From positions 1,408,001-1,472,000 of the forward strand of contig OZ001293.3 in the NCBI GenBank assembly GCA_963921275.4: a stretch of 64,000 bases of DNA. Reading direction: 5' to 3'. Below are positions 32,529-45,057 of the stretch, piece after piece. The translations under genes were made by a program, and so were the position numbers. Source of the stretch: an uncultured Hormoscilla sp. Its GTDB lineage: Bacteria; Cyanobacteriota; Cyanobacteriia; Cyanobacteriales; Desertifilaceae. Numbering within the stretch: position 1 is the stretch's first letter; the number at the start of each line of letters is the position of its first letter. Below the pieces are notes generated by a model, which had not been told where the DNA came from, made no database searches, and was given only the letters and a program-made list of their open reading frames with translations.

Positions 32529-33168
32529 TTAGGTAATGAGTTTGCAGATCGCTTTGAATACTTGCAGCAACTGAATTGCCCGTTCTGAGTACATCAGATG
32601 CAATTCTGGCATTAGCTGATAAGTTGGGGAATTTCCTTGCCGGATCTGGACGAACAGATATTGCAGTCCATTTGTTACCAGTCCCCAAACTGATGGTTGC
32701 CGTTTCAGGCTATTATAAGCATAAGTCAGCAATTGAGGCAACCCCTGACGCACTTCCACTCCACTTTCCTTGGCTTCTATAAGCAGCAGCCAAAACGGCA
32801 CCTCATTTGTAGTTGCCTTGTTGACTGTCGCAATATCAAAGCGCCCAGTGATGACTTTATCTTCATCTTCAATGGCAATATTATCGATCCCTTCTTCCAC
32901 CTTGATTTCGATCGGGTAGCGATAAAAGCCAGCCAGCCGTAATAAGGGCAAGACCGCGCTCGCCTTCACTTGTCCTTCTGAGGCTTTGTCTTCTGCTAGG
33001 TAGGGACGAAAGTTATTGCGAATTTGCACCAGTTCCTGCTTTTCCCACTCGGTTACTGACTCCAGAGATAAAAAAATATGTGAAAGAGACATCATCAATT
33101 TGTTTGATAAACTTCAGACGAAGATAAACATCTTTGAGAGTTAGCTTGCTTGCTTTCAGAGTTATCAT
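32529..33168 (-). pseudogene. type I restriction HsdR N-terminal-like (PD-(D/E)xK) protein, frameshifted
   Basis: GRFD...LIEAK, QLLTY, GLVTNG; start at 33168 is out of frame with the body. Confidence 0.7.
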
Positions 33169-35581
33169 TGCTTTGACCTTAAATCAAGATATCTGATAAT
33201 TATATTCTAATTCATCAGGTGGGCAATGCCCACCCTACGCAGATTTTTATCGGAGTAAGGAACCTACGGATGCATTGTCAAGTCTAATGATTGCACTAAC
33301 TTCCAGAGAACTCGATATAATTGCAAAGGCTCCTCTTTACCTTTAACTCGAACAGGAGATAGTTTTTCCAGAGGTATATTATGAGTATCGATCTTATCCA
33401 AAGTGATTTAATTGAGCAGAATATTACCAGAATCTGCAGCGCTACAAATGCGACTAGCAATATTGATAGTATCGCCAATTGTGGCATATTGAATCAGTTT
33501 CTACGAGCCAATGTTTCCCGCTGCTACTTTGCCAGTATTGATGCCAATGTGGATGTGAAGTGGTTGCTTGTTATGGGCAGCCCGATCGCGATTCATCTGG
33601 CGCACCGCCCATTGCATCTCGATCGCGGCTTGCACGGCTCGCTGGGCGTCATCTGGCTTCTGGCAAGGCGCACCCCAAACGGCGAGCAAGGCATCCCCAA
33701 TATATTTTTCTAAAGTGCCTTCGTAGGGAAAGACTATTTCCTCGACTATCACTTGGAAATATTCGTTGAGCAGCTCAATTCCTTGACGCGGTTCCATGAC
33801 GGAGGACATTTTTGTGAAGCCGCTAATGTCGGAAAACAAAGCTGTGACTTCCGGATCGACAATTTCTGACAACTTGCCTTCTTCTCTGATCTTTTGACTG
33901 ACAGCTGTCGGGAAGAAACGTTCCAGTTTATCCCGGACGATCGCCTCCGCTTGCATCTGTTGATATAGTTGGGCGTGGTTAAGGGCGATCGCGGCTTGGT
34001 TAGCAAGGGCAGTCAGAAACTCCGCATCTTCGTCAACATAGATATTGGACATGGATAAGTTATCAACGTATAACACCCCAATCACTTCCTCTCGCGGTTT
34101 CAGAGGTACGCAGATCGAGGCATGAATATTTGGGAATAAAATCGACTGGGAACCTTGAAACCGATCGTCCGCGCAAGCATCGGAAGTGATGATCGCATCC
34201 CCTTGCTCGCGCACCGTATTGGTAATCTTTCTGCTGTAGAACTTATGGTCCGTTGGCACTCCCGATCGGGAGTTGACTGCCTTGCATTCCAGCTTTCCGG
34301 TTGCTGCTCCTGCTTTTCCCACTCGGTTACTGACTCCAGAGATAAAAAAATATGTGAAAGAGACATCATCAATTTGTTTGATAAACTTCAGACGAAGATA
34401 AACATCTTTGAGAGTTAGCTTGCTTGCTTTCAGAGTTATCATTGCTTTGACCTTAAATCAAGATATCTGATAATTATATTCTAATTCATCAGGTGGGCAA
34501 TGCCCACCCTACGCAGATTTTTATCGGAGTAAGGAACCTACGGATGCATTGTCAAGTCTAATGATTGCACTAACTTCCAGAGAACTCGATATAATTGCAA
34601 AGGCTCCTCTTTACCTTTAACTCGAACAGGAGATAGTTTTTCCAGAGGTATATTATGAGTATCGATCTTGTCCAAAGTGATTTAGTTGAGCAGAATATTA
34701 CCAGAATCTGCAGCGCTACAAATGCGACTAGCAATATTGATAGTATCGCCAATTGTGGCATATTGAATCAGTTTCTACGAGCCAATGTTTCCCGCTGCTA
34801 CTTTGCCAGTATTGATGCCAATGTGGATGTGAAGTGGTTGCTTGTTATGGGCAGCCCGATCGCGATTCATCTGGCGCACCGCCCATTGCATCTCGATCGC
34901 GGCTTGCACGGCTCGCTGGGCGTCATCTGGCTTCTGGCAAGGCGCACCCCAAACGGCGAGCAAGGCATCCCCAATATATTTTTCTAAAGTGCCTTCGTAG
35001 GGAAAGACTATTTCCTCGACTATCACTTGGAAATATTCGTTGAGCAGCTCAATTCCTTGACGCGGTTCCATGACGGAGGACATTTTTGTGAAGCCGCTAA
35101 TGTCGGAAAACAAAGCTGTGACTTCCGGATCGACAATTTCTGACAACTTGCCTTCTTCTCTGATCTTTTGACTGACAGCTGTCGGGAAGAAACGTTCCAG
35201 TTTATCCCGGACGATCGCCTCCGCTTGCATCTGTTGATATAGTTGGGCGTGGTTAAGGGCGATCGCGGCTTGGTTAGCAAGGGCAGTCAGAAACTCCGCA
35301 TCTTCGTCAACATAGATATTGGACATGGATAAGTTATCAACGTATAACACCCCAATCACTTCCTCTCGCGGTTTCAGAGGTACGCAGATCGAGGCATGAA
35401 TATTTGGGAATAAAATCGACTGGGAACCTTGAAACCGATCGTCCGCGCAAGCATCGGAAGTGATGATCGCATCCCCTTGCTCGCGCACCGTATTGGTAAT
35501 CTTTCTGCTGTAGAACTTATGGTCCGTTGGCACTCCCGATCGGGAGTTGACTGCCTTGCATTCCAGCTTTCCGGTTGCTGC
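33034..35581. repeat. tandem direct duplication of 1274 bp (33034-34307 / 34308-35581)
   Basis: identical ORF set offset by 1274; junction GGTTGCTGC|TCCTGCT; at least two substitutions between copies. Confidence 0.93.
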
Positions 35582-36150
35582 ATTCACCAGCAAGATTGCT
35601 GCCCGGTCTACATTCATAATCTCTAACAGCAGGTTGAGAATTTTCTTTAGCAGTTTGTCAGGTTTCTCCGGAGAGGACAGCTGCTTGCTCACTAAGAGTA
35701 AAATTTGCAGCTTGTCTACCACCCGCTGGTTGCGATCTTGCTCCCTCAGCTTCAGCAATGAGCCCTCTACGGATTTATCCTTATCCAGCAATTCGGACAT
35801 CCCCGTGCTAGTTTGATTAGTGGAGAATTGCTTGAAAATAGTTCGCGGAACCGATCGATCCTCTTGACGCTTTGGCCCGGTTTTCTGGAGAAATTGGAAG
35901 TTCACATGTCCGCAAGGAACTTTGAACTTTGTCCCCGTCTTCCAGTTGGCATTCCTCAATTTCTACCTCGTTGACATAGGTGTGATTGCGGCTTTCCAGA
36001 TCCTTGACGATCGTCACCCCATCTGAGTCGATCTCGATCTATGCGTGCTTACAGGACAAACTCCTATGGGGCACAATGATATTGTTGTCCAGAGCACGTC
36101 TAGTTTATCCCCCGATTTAATTCATAAACTGTTTCCGTTTTCATTTATGC
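34570..36150 (-). pseudogene. FHA-GAF-adenylate/guanylate cyclase (CyaD-like), disrupted
   Basis: FHA remnant DLESRNHTYVN; LFSDISGFT, KYIGD, WGAP, IGINTG; TAG after GNIGS; 5' frameshifts; ends approximate. Confidence 0.8.
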
Positions 36151-36466
36151 TTGCTATATAACTCAACTTGCAACAAGATCAACATACTACCTTCCCGAGA
36201 TATTTTTTGGCAAAAATTGCGACTCAAATGACGTATCACTGGTTACGTCATGGGTACGCGGTCACTTTTTTGACTTATTATACCTCCATTTCGGCAAAAT
36301 GTTCGAGTAGCAGTCTGTGAATAAAAATGTAGCCGCCGCCTACTTTTTGCAAAAATATCAGCTGGGTTGCATAGTCGAGAAAACGGGCATAATTACAGGG
36401 AGTATATCGATTGCCATATAGGATAACGCGCATTATTACATGTTAAATGCAGGCGATACCCGCAGG

Positions 36467-36796
36467 CTAAAATATGCCCAGAACTATGCCAGCAATTACT
36501 CCCGAAAGAATGGGTATCCCTAGGATCATTTTAGCCAGTATCCCCCAAGTTATTCCTGCCATTACCCTCAAGATTGCCGCATAGCCGACTGCCAAATTTC
36601 TTGATTCTGGGGTACTGGTGCCAATCACTCCTCCCTTCACGGAACGAATTAGAGCAACAATCAAGCCAGCATCTAGTCCTGCTAGTCCAGCCGGGATCAG
36701 AGCCATTATCCTCACCACAGGCATCTGATAGATTAAACTCAAAATTACCCAACTAGCTAGCCCAAATACAACTCCAGCTATTAAACCGATGCGCAA
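36467..36796 (-). pseudogene. hydrophobic membrane-protein fragment
   Basis: Gly/Leu-rich helices, no clear start. Confidence 0.35.
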
Positions 36797-36969
36797 AGGG
36801 AAGAATAGGTGGCTCTTCGGTACTTGGTTTGCTAAACTATCAGATAAACACTCCTTTGCATTGAACTAAAATTGTTACATATTAAGAGCAAAACTCTTGC
36901 CTTTACTTGTAGCAGTTTTTATGCTTTAATAAAATTACCGAAAGATTGAAAATTGAGGTAAAAATAATC

Positions 36970-37610
36970 ATGGCTTATAATGGACAACTAAAACTACTAA
37001 CATATTTTCTTAATATCCCGGATCAGTCACTCATTTCATACAGAAACCATCTCTAGGAATAATCCTCACCGTAGCTAGTTTAAATTCTGAAGCAGCTTGC
37101 CCTCACTGTCATAAACTTCATCAAAATCATTCAGATATCATCAAATATTTACCTATGAGTGGTCAAGAGGTTTATTTACAAGTAAACAAGTAAATAGGCG
37201 ACGTGAAAATTGCTTAAAAACTTTTAGTGAGTCTTGGGTTTTTGCGAACCAAAACGCAACGCTCATGAATTGCCTCCGATATCTTGAGTCAAGTAAAACA
37301 GAGTAATATTAAAAGCGTTGCGGAAAATCCAGGGGTAAGTGAATCGTAAATATTAACTATGTTAAAGGATTTTAAAAAAGAGTTAGTATCCCAAAAACCT
37401 CAATAATTAAAAAGATTTGAATTGATGAAATTAGCATGAGAAAAGGACAGGGCAATTACTGTGCAGTTTTAGTATATTTAGACACCAGTCAACTTTTAGC
37501 TTTAGTCCCAGACAGAACCCAAGAAGCTATTGAAAAAGTGTTGATGGATTGGGGAATAGAGGTAAGATCAGGCATAGAAGAGGTTAGTATTGATTTATGG
37601 CGTCCTTATG
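36970..37610 (+). mobile_element. ISL3 family transposase remnant
   Basis: CPHC zinc-finger remnant, IDEISMRKGQGNYCAVL, VSIDLW; many stops; ends approximate. Confidence 0.75.
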
Positions 37611-37611
37611 C

Positions 37612-38620
37612 TCTCAGTGGCAGATTGTCTGGTTGTTAGCCAAAGGAAACAAGAGTTCCCTTCGTGGCGGAAGTCACTGGCTACGGCTTGCAATGGATTC
37701 GAGTTATCGCCCTTCGATATCTCTTGTCGTGCTCTTGTCCCAGGGGACTCGGCACGCAAGAGATATCGCCGCTTCAATGAAGGGGTTGTCGTTGCTATCG
37801 GAGATAGTCGTCATCGTAATCCGGGAGCCAAACCCTTGCAGCAAGCTCAATTAGTGCAAGCATTAGAGGGACCTGCTCGAGTCGGGGGGAAATGGAATGG
37901 TCCCTTCGTGGCCGCTTGGATGAGTGAGCTGCTTGGTCGTCCAGTGGCCCCGCAACAGGGGTGGGAATACCTCAAGGGCTTGGATTATAGCATAAAAGTT
38001 CCCCGTCCAGCTCATACTCAAGCGGACGAGCTTGAACTTCAACAGTGGAAAAAAAAATTGCCACAACAATTCATAGAATTAGAAGCCTCCGTCGGAGGTA
38101 CACCGATACGAGTCTGGGCAATGGACTCCCACCGAGTCGGACTTAAACCATTGGTGCGCCGAGATTGGTTTCCTTGGTGGGATCTCCCGATTGCCCCGGT
38201 ATACTGGCGATTTGAATGGTGCTGGGTCTACAGCTTTATCTTCCCGAGTACTGGAGAGAGTGAATGGTGGGTATAAAACCTTTGTCGATACAGAAATCAT
38301 GAGCCGAATTCTAGCGGCCTTTGCTGAGGCTACCGGCATTGATGAGCAGCACCCGGCCTTGTTGATTTTATGACCTTGCCCGGGTGGCATACAACAGAGA
38401 AACTCTCCATTCCACGCGGTTTATTCTTAGAGTTCTTACCCGCTTACTCTCCCGAGTTACAACCGGCTCTGGCCCATTCTAGATGAAGCCATTATGAATC
38501 GTGTATTTGACTCTCTCGGAGAACTGGAAGAGACAATCTGTGAGCGCTGTCGTCAGCTCATTAAACAGCCTCAAATCCTTCATGCATTCACTCAATTATA
38601 CTGGTGGCCGCAACTAGCTA
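37612..38620 (+). mobile_element. IS630 family transposase remnant
   Basis: GWEYLKGLDYSIKVPRP, VWAMDSHRVGLKP, FLPAYSPELQP; stops and a hairpin insertion; ends approximate. Confidence 0.8.
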
Positions 38621-38649
38621 CAAGCAATGTCTAATCAAGCAGATTCCAT

Positions 38650-39000
38650 ATGATAGATTGGCTTCTAGAAAGAAGTATTGCGGCTGTCCGGGGGAACGAT
38701 CGCGGATATATTTGCAAATAGCATTAGTGGCAATTGTTACCATGTTTTGCCCCGCCGCATCCCCCGTAGTAAACTGAAACTCTAGATAGACATAATTGCC
38801 TTCTACGGTAAGGCGCATATCAATTAATTTACCGTGGCGGGTAGTAGCTTCCGCTTGGCGCTGGAATTCTCCCTGTTGGGCGATCGCCCATGTCAGAAAT
38901 TGTCCAACTTCTTGGAGGTTCTTGAAGGCCAACCCCGGCACAGGACTGACCCCTTCATTAAGTAAAATAGCACTACAGACTTCACTGATTAACTGGGCAC
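38650..39000 (-). pseudogene. HMG-CoA reductase internal fragment
   Basis: TTRHGKL and FTTGDAAGQNMVT motif, EANLS; both ends missing. Confidence 0.8.
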
Positions 39001-39054
39001 CCGATGTCCCTTGACAGGGGTGTAAAAATAGAATATCACCCCTAGGGACATCGC

Positions 39055-39500
39055 CTGGAGAAAGAGGTCCCAAAAGTGATATAAATATTTGGCGAGAAAG
39101 AAAAGATGTTTTTCATCTATAACAGAAATTTGCAGGAGATAAAGCTGATATTGGAGAAGGTCAAATTAAGAGCCCTCATAAAAAGCCCAAAAAACAAGAA
39201 TTAATCGCAAAAAAAAAAGAAGAAAATTATTGATTTTCTTCCCTAATAATTTTTGTGAAACACGTAATTAGATTGGTCAAAATATTCCTATCGCGCAGGC
39301 GTAGCCGTGTGCCATTAGCCATGTTGCTAGTGAAAGATTTACTTTGAGTTCTGACAAATATGACTCAGTAATTTCCACAAGAGTTGGGCTGGTTAGATTG
39401 CGAATTGGTGCGTTGATTTTAGAAGTAGTATATCTGGGTGATGGCGCTGAAAATTTTGAGGTTAACCAATACCATGCAATGGAAGCGCAATGTTTACAGG
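39055..39500 (+). mobile_element. IS5-like (DDE_Tnp_4) transposase remnant
   Basis: GPKSDINI, GDKA, PHKKPK, GLVRLRIG segments with stops. Confidence 0.65.
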
Positions 39501-39514
39501 AACTCTATCAAACC

Positions 39515-39782
39515 CCGATGTTGTCGTATGAGTAACATATGTGAGCAAGTGAGGTACATACTTGAAACCCAAGACTGGTAAGGATTTCAGTTTTTGGAGA
39601 GGTCTAATCCATATTCCGAAACGCTCTGATATGGCGGTAAGTTCTACCGTGTCAGTCTGTGGAGTAGGCAAACCCTCTAGTCGTCAGGCTAGAGCTACGA
39701 CGAAGCAGAAAGTAAGCGCCAAAACTACCTATGTACAGCTAAGTCTAGACTTTGGCAGTTTTGGGTAGGTATTACGGAGCGG
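39515..39782 (+). mobile_element. IS607/IS200-IS605-type remnant: tnpB 3' end and right end
   Basis: AVSSTVSVCG...KQKV resembles TnpB C-termini, followed by GTAGGTATTACGGAGCGG. Confidence 0.55.
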
Positions 39783-39994
39783 TTTAGCCCCTAGCTTGCC
39801 AGACAGTTATCCAAGAGATCCCGATCACAACAACTCTTTGAGATAATCGCTAGCATGACGATAGTCAGTTGACATTTTCTTCTCCTTTGTCCGTGACGTG
39901 GGGCACCGCAGGGGGGAGTCTCGCCTGCCGTAGGACTTGTCCCGCCTGTCCGTGATATGTCAACATTAAACTGGATATGAGAACTTAAAGAAAG

Positions 39995-40909
39995 ATGTTG
40001 CCTCAGCCACCGGAAACTCAACCCTGGTACTCTAAAATTGGCGCTCAACGCGATTGTATCTGGCGCGGTTGGCAAATTCGCTATACTTATATCCGTTCTG
40101 GCGCTGATAGGACACCCTTGGTTTTCCTGCATGGTTTTGGGTCTGCGATCGGTCAATGGCGCTACAACTTACAGCCCCTGAGTGAAGATCGTACTGTCTA
40201 TGGGCTGGACTTGCTGGGGTTTGGCGCTTCCCAAAAAGCACCTGCTGAGTACGGAGTTGAACTATGGATGGCCCAAGTGTATGACTTCTGGCGCAGTTTT
40301 ATTCAAACCCCGATCGTCCTCGTAGGCCACTCCCTTGGCGGTGCAGTAGCCCTAGCAGCTGCGGCCAGTTACCCAGAAATGGTGCAGGGTTTGGTATTGC
40401 TGACCGTGCCACCTTCTGTACAAGAAAGATCCTCTTCCAAATTACAAGCCTTAGGCGCGTCTATGGAAACAGCTTTCGCTTCTCCCTTGCTGTTGCGATC
40501 GCTTTTTCCCCTCTTCCGGCGTCCGGAAGTAATTCGCAAGGGTCTCAAGCTTGCCTATGCTAACAAAGAAATGGTGACCGAAGAATTAGTCGCCCTATTT
40601 GCCGACCCACCCCGAGACAGAGGGGCCGCAGGAGTATTGTGCCGACTGTTCCGAGCGAAAAACCGACGAGACTATACACCTAACGTAAAGGTAACGCTAC
40701 CGCAACTAGAAATGCCGATTCTGATGTTGTGGGGAAAACAAGACCGAGTGATTCCCCTAGACTGGGGACGTAAGTTAGCACCACTTAACCCCAAATTAGA
40801 GTTTGTCGAGATTGAAAATGCAGGTCATTGCGCTTACGATGAATGTCCCGATATAGTCAATCAGAAAATTATCACTTGGCTAAAATCTCATCTCATGCCC
40901 CCTCTTTAA
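39995..40909 (+). CDS. alpha/beta fold hydrolase
   Basis: HGFG, DLLGFG, GHSLG, GHCAYDE. Confidence 0.9.
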   Translation: MLPQPPETQPWYSKIGAQRDCIWRGWQIRYTYIRSGADRTPLVFLHGFGSAIGQWRYNLQPLSEDRTVYGLDLLGFGASQKAPAEYGVELWMAQVYDFWRSFIQTPIVLVGHSLGGAVALAAAASYPEMVQGLVLLTVPPSVQERSSSKLQALGASMETAFASPLLLRSLFPLFRRPEVIRKGLKLAYANKEMVTEELVALFADPPRDRGAAGVLCRLFRAKNRRDYTPNVKVTLPQLEMPILMLWGKQDRVIPLDWGRKLAPLNPKLEFVEIENAGHCAYDECPDIVNQKIITWLKSHLMPPL

Positions 40910-40950
40910 GAACCGTTTGTAGTAAGGACTAAAGTCCTTACCGCTGATGT

Positions 40951-41598
40951 TTATGTCCCTTGCACTTGAGCTAAAAACCAGATGCCGACTCCAGTATTAT
41001 CCATTTGGCGCGATCGCTGTAAACCCTCCGCCAACAGGGCCATTTGAAATCCGGGTAATACCTGAGATTCTGTAGTCCGTTGACTGCCACCAGCGGCGAG
41101 CATTTTAAATGCGATAATCTCTGCTTGCTTGACATCTACTACCCAGTATTCTGCTACTTTTATTTCTTCGTATATTATTCCTTTTCGACCCCGATCGTCA
41201 ACCAGAGAACTGTCGGCAATCTCTATCGCTAAGTCTGGGGGTGGGTTGCTATCTAGATATACTACGGAACTTCCTTTGGGAGCTAATTTTACTCGATCGG
41301 CAATATAGTAAGAAGCATCTGGTTGACATTTTCTGACACCTAGAAGACGGTAGCTACAGTTTACCAATAGTCTCATCGGCAAAGCTTTGGCTATGCCAAA
41401 TAGCTTGACTAATATGACAATAATCCCATTATCATCTGAGTGGTTGGCTCCGACTGGTGACATTTCAATCTGATATTGTCTGTTGTGATAGTAGCACTTG
41501 GCTTTTTCATAGGCGGGGGAGGCAATAGCTTGGATGTATTCTTCCCAGCTAGCTGCTACCCAGGTATCAGTTGGCAGTTGGGTTTGTAAGAAGCTCAT
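40951..41598 (-). CDS. Uma2 family endonuclease-fold protein
   Basis: QPDASYY, PDLAIEIADSS, EYWVVD. Confidence 0.85.
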   Translation of the reverse strand: MSFLQTQLPTDTWVAASWEEYIQAIASPAYEKAKCYYHNRQYQIEMSPVGANHSDDNGIIVILVKLFGIAKALPMRLLVNCSYRLLGVRKCQPDASYYIADRVKLAPKGSSVVYLDSNPPPDLAIEIADSSLVDDRGRKGIIYEEIKVAEYWVVDVKQAEIIAFKMLAAGGSQRTTESQVLPGFQMALLAEGLQRSRQMDNTGVGIWFLAQVQGT

Positions 41599-42069
41599 AA
41601 GCAATTCAAAATTCCAAATTTTGAAACCAATTTTTAAAAAAGCTCTAAGCTTTTCTAGCGCTACGCACGCTACGCTACTTCGTAAGGGGTGCAAATTCAA
41701 TGCACAACAGCTTACCTTGATTATAGCGTTTTTCAAGCTGATGAGGTACAGCATTTCAATCCCCCCAACCCCCCTTTGAAAGCTATGCCTTACTCACATA
41801 TTTCTTAACAATTGTAGCAACAGTCACGATTGGCAAATATGAGTCTATTGTTTTTTCAATAAAACCTATATATTATCAATAAGCCCGCCATTGAATTGGA
41901 TATCTGGTGAAGAGTCAGCTCCTTTTTTGTTTGAGCACAAGTGTTTTGAGTAATTGTACCAGTTCACCACAAGAAATTCTTCTATAAAGTTGTGAACTGG
42001 CACGGTTCATTCAGTTCTACTTCCGGCGCTCAATTGTCAGATAAGGGCCGGACTATTGACGACCGTCCG

Positions 42070-42189
42070 GGCGAGAGAGCGAATTTACACTTATGGAGTT
42101 AAACATACTTTTTCATATTTTGGGACAGAGGCGAGAGAGCGAATTTACACTTATGGAGTTAAACATACTTTTTCATATTTTGGGACAGA
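42070..42189. repeat. 60-bp tandem duplication inside the IS4 3' region
   Basis: two identical 60-bp units bounded by GGCGA microhomology. Confidence 0.85.
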
Positions 42190-43598
42190 GGCGAATCTAG
42201 AGAATCGCTTGAGCTAGAATTCAAGTATCAGCTATGTCATGCAAGCGTCGTAACCCTTGCCAAATAGTTTTCACCCCTGGTTCACCATCCCGTTTTCGTC
42301 CTAAAAAACCACCTAATTTAGCAATCCAATGAATACAAGTCTTTATTGTTGGCGTCGCCTCTAGTGGTGTCGAAGTTTTATTTATCGTGCAGTAAAGAGC
42401 TTGCTACTCATGGGTTTCTAAAATACTATCTGCTGGGGCCTCCGGGTTGTAACGAGCTTCATAAGTAAGCCACAATAATCGCCATGCCACGATTGTATAA
42501 GTGGCTAAAGCCCTTTCAATGCGATCTGTTGTTTCTAGTTGTAGTTGTTCTTTTCGACAACCACTTTTTAGGACATAATGATAACGTTCAATTAACCAAC
42601 GATAGCTATACCAACGCAGGCACCACGTCATCAAAGCCAGTAATCGTCAGCGTCGTTAACAACAACCAGCTAACCCGGTCAACTCCAGAAGGTGGATGCT
42701 CTTCTTCTGCCAGAATTACTTGTATTTTAATTGGCTTTAATGATTTGTAGTGAATATGTGTTTTGGGTGGTTGAATCTCTACCGAAGTGCTACCCAGGGT
42801 TAAGGTTGCTTCGCGAGCCTTTCTCTCGGGATTTTTTGATAATTCTATCGTCACAACTGCTACGGGAGAAACTTTGTAGATAGCTGATTCTAATTTCTCT
42901 ACTTCCTCTGAATCAACTGATTTTACAGAACGGTTCTGATAAGCGCGAATTAGAAGCATGCTCTGAATTCTCAGAGCGAGGCAAGGCCAAAAAATCATAA
43001 ATATCTGCCTCCCGATCCGCCACTGTCACCACTGTAACATCTGATGGTATCACTGCTTCCGTTGCCGATAGCGAGTCCAGCCACCGCTGGCTTTCTTTAT
43101 CTTTTGTTTCTATGAATCTGTCGAGAATGCTTCTTGCCAATATCAGAAATATCCCGTGCCCTGCTGATTTAACACTCAAGGGCGGTACTCCTGTCCCACT
43201 GGTACAAAAAACCGAGTGAACTTTTAGTTCTCGACTGGTTCTACAATTCCATTTGCCCCATTCCTTTTTTACTGGGATGGTGCGTAAAATTTAGTTCGGT
43301 GGTGTCCTGAATTGCTAAAATCGTTTCATGTTGTTTGACTCGGGAGAGCGTACTTTGTTGGTGGCAATCGCGAATCGCTTCCGCTTGAATCTGTGGATTT
43401 GCCCAAAAGTCATTTGTGCTTGGGTCCCTGCCCAATCTCCACAAGCTTGTGGTACCGTAGCATTGGGTTGTTCTGCTAAATCTGATACAATTTTTACCAG
43501 TATGAATGTGGCGACGGCGATCGCCCAAATCAGCAGATTTTAGTTCTTCTGCGGCCCAAGACTTTATATTTTTCTGTCCATGGATAATTTTTGCTCTT

Positions 43599-44497
43599 GG
43601 TTGGGGTCGAGCTGGTACTCGCGTACTAACCCTCCCTTTCGGAACCTGAAGAGCGACTTTCACCGCACACGGCTACTGGTTGGTAAGCCCTTGTCACGAG
43701 TAGGATTACTAAGGGTTACCCCTATTGTCCCTTATTCCCTGAAATTTTGCCCCTTCATGGTCAGTCAATGGACTATTCTTTGTACCTAACTCCGGAAGGT
43801 TCGCGGGGGATAACTAGAAACCACTACAACCGCTCTTTACTAACATTTTACCGTATCTTGGGGCTCTACATTTTTACCCGGTTAGGATTTTAATCCATCA
43901 TCACTACCTAGGATTCCTCCTGATCTAGCACGTTCAGAGGGCTACTACCTCCGAGAACTTCTTACCATATCCGTCCTACGTCTGCATATCCTAAGCATTA
44001 CCCCAGGCATTTGCTTCTTAGGACATCCCTCCCCACGTGACCATTCGCTTCACATCTAACTTGTCCAAACTGGACAGAATCACGGGAGTTACTTCGTTCC
44101 CTGGTATCATTTCACGAGGCTTTTAGGTTTCTCCTATATACCGGCAGTTATTTCGAGTACGATATCAATGAAGCACAAACATTGACACGCTAACTGCTTC
44201 CCTTTTGGGCCAGCGTTACAGCCCTTTTCGCTGGTTTGTATTCACGATACTTACAGAGATTCGCTTGTTCTAACCATGAGCCTCTTTCCTAGCGGAGTCG
44301 CTCCTTTGGGCTAGGTGCTATCCTTCATTTAAGTCCTCGCTTGGCACCACGGCGATGTGGCTCCGCAGCACCTCCGACCGGTGTCACCCCCGTACCTGGG
44401 GGAGGGGAATTTAACCCCCATGATTACCAGAGTTATCTGGCAAATGAAACCAGATCAGACTTTCACCATTACTGGTTTACGTCAGAACGAATCGCAC
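43599..44497 (-). mobile_element. ORF-less group IIB intron I5 (899 nt) in the IS4 leader
   Basis: minus-strand GTGCGATTCG at 44497; D5 variant; end CTCGACCCCAACC. Confidence 0.92.
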
Positions 44498-45057
44498 CGT
44501 GATCTCTACAATATTAGCAACGCCGGAAGCAAGAGTCGTTTTATTTAATCATTATTTTACTTTTTAGCACTGGCGAGGGTTCCGACAGCGCGTAGCGCAT
44601 TTCGTATCGGACTATATATTAACTTAGTGGAAGTATATTGTTAACTTTTTTGAAGCAATTGTACTCAAATCAAGACGGTGTAAGGATTTCAGATTGTTAA
44701 GAAATATGTGAGTAAAGCATAGCTTTGAAAGGGGGGCTATTCTTTCGTCCCCTTTCAAAGGGGGATTTAGGGGGATTTTTCTGTACCTCACTAGGATGAA
44801 AACCGCTATATAGGTCAGAGATAATGTCCGCACCCGATCTGCCTGAGAGCAACAGGGTGGCCCGCCAAGAAACTTATGGACTACCGGTAGTGGCACATAG
44901 CAAGGACTAAAGTCCTTACTACAAACCGTCGCCAATGTTTAAGTTTTGTTAATTTTTCTTTTATTCACCCCGAAAGTAGGAGAAACTGTAAATATGGATA
45001 CAGAACAAAGTTATGAGAGGGTGAAATGGACCGCTATTGGACAAGAGGTGATTCATC

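Larger units (their letters stand above)
41783..44722 (-). mobile_element. IS4 family (IS50/Tn5-like) element with fragmented transposase, containing intron I5
   Basis: 30-bp IRs CTATGC(C/T)TTACTCACATATTTCTTAACAAT; 9-bp TSD CTTTGAAAG; QDTTEL, ADREADI, WLLLTT, YSYRWLIERYHYVLKSG. Confidence 0.92.

Noticed and set aside
33034..35581. Duplicate segments as DGR template/variable repeats
   Set aside because: 1.27-kb tandem copy with only a couple of differences and no RT nearby; too few changes to indicate adenine mutagenesis.
21481..44548. Short ORFs overlapping introns (21481, 28242, 28308, 28983, 29425, 43580, 44357)
   Set aside because: Chance frames over ribozyme sequence; no RT or maturase motifs.
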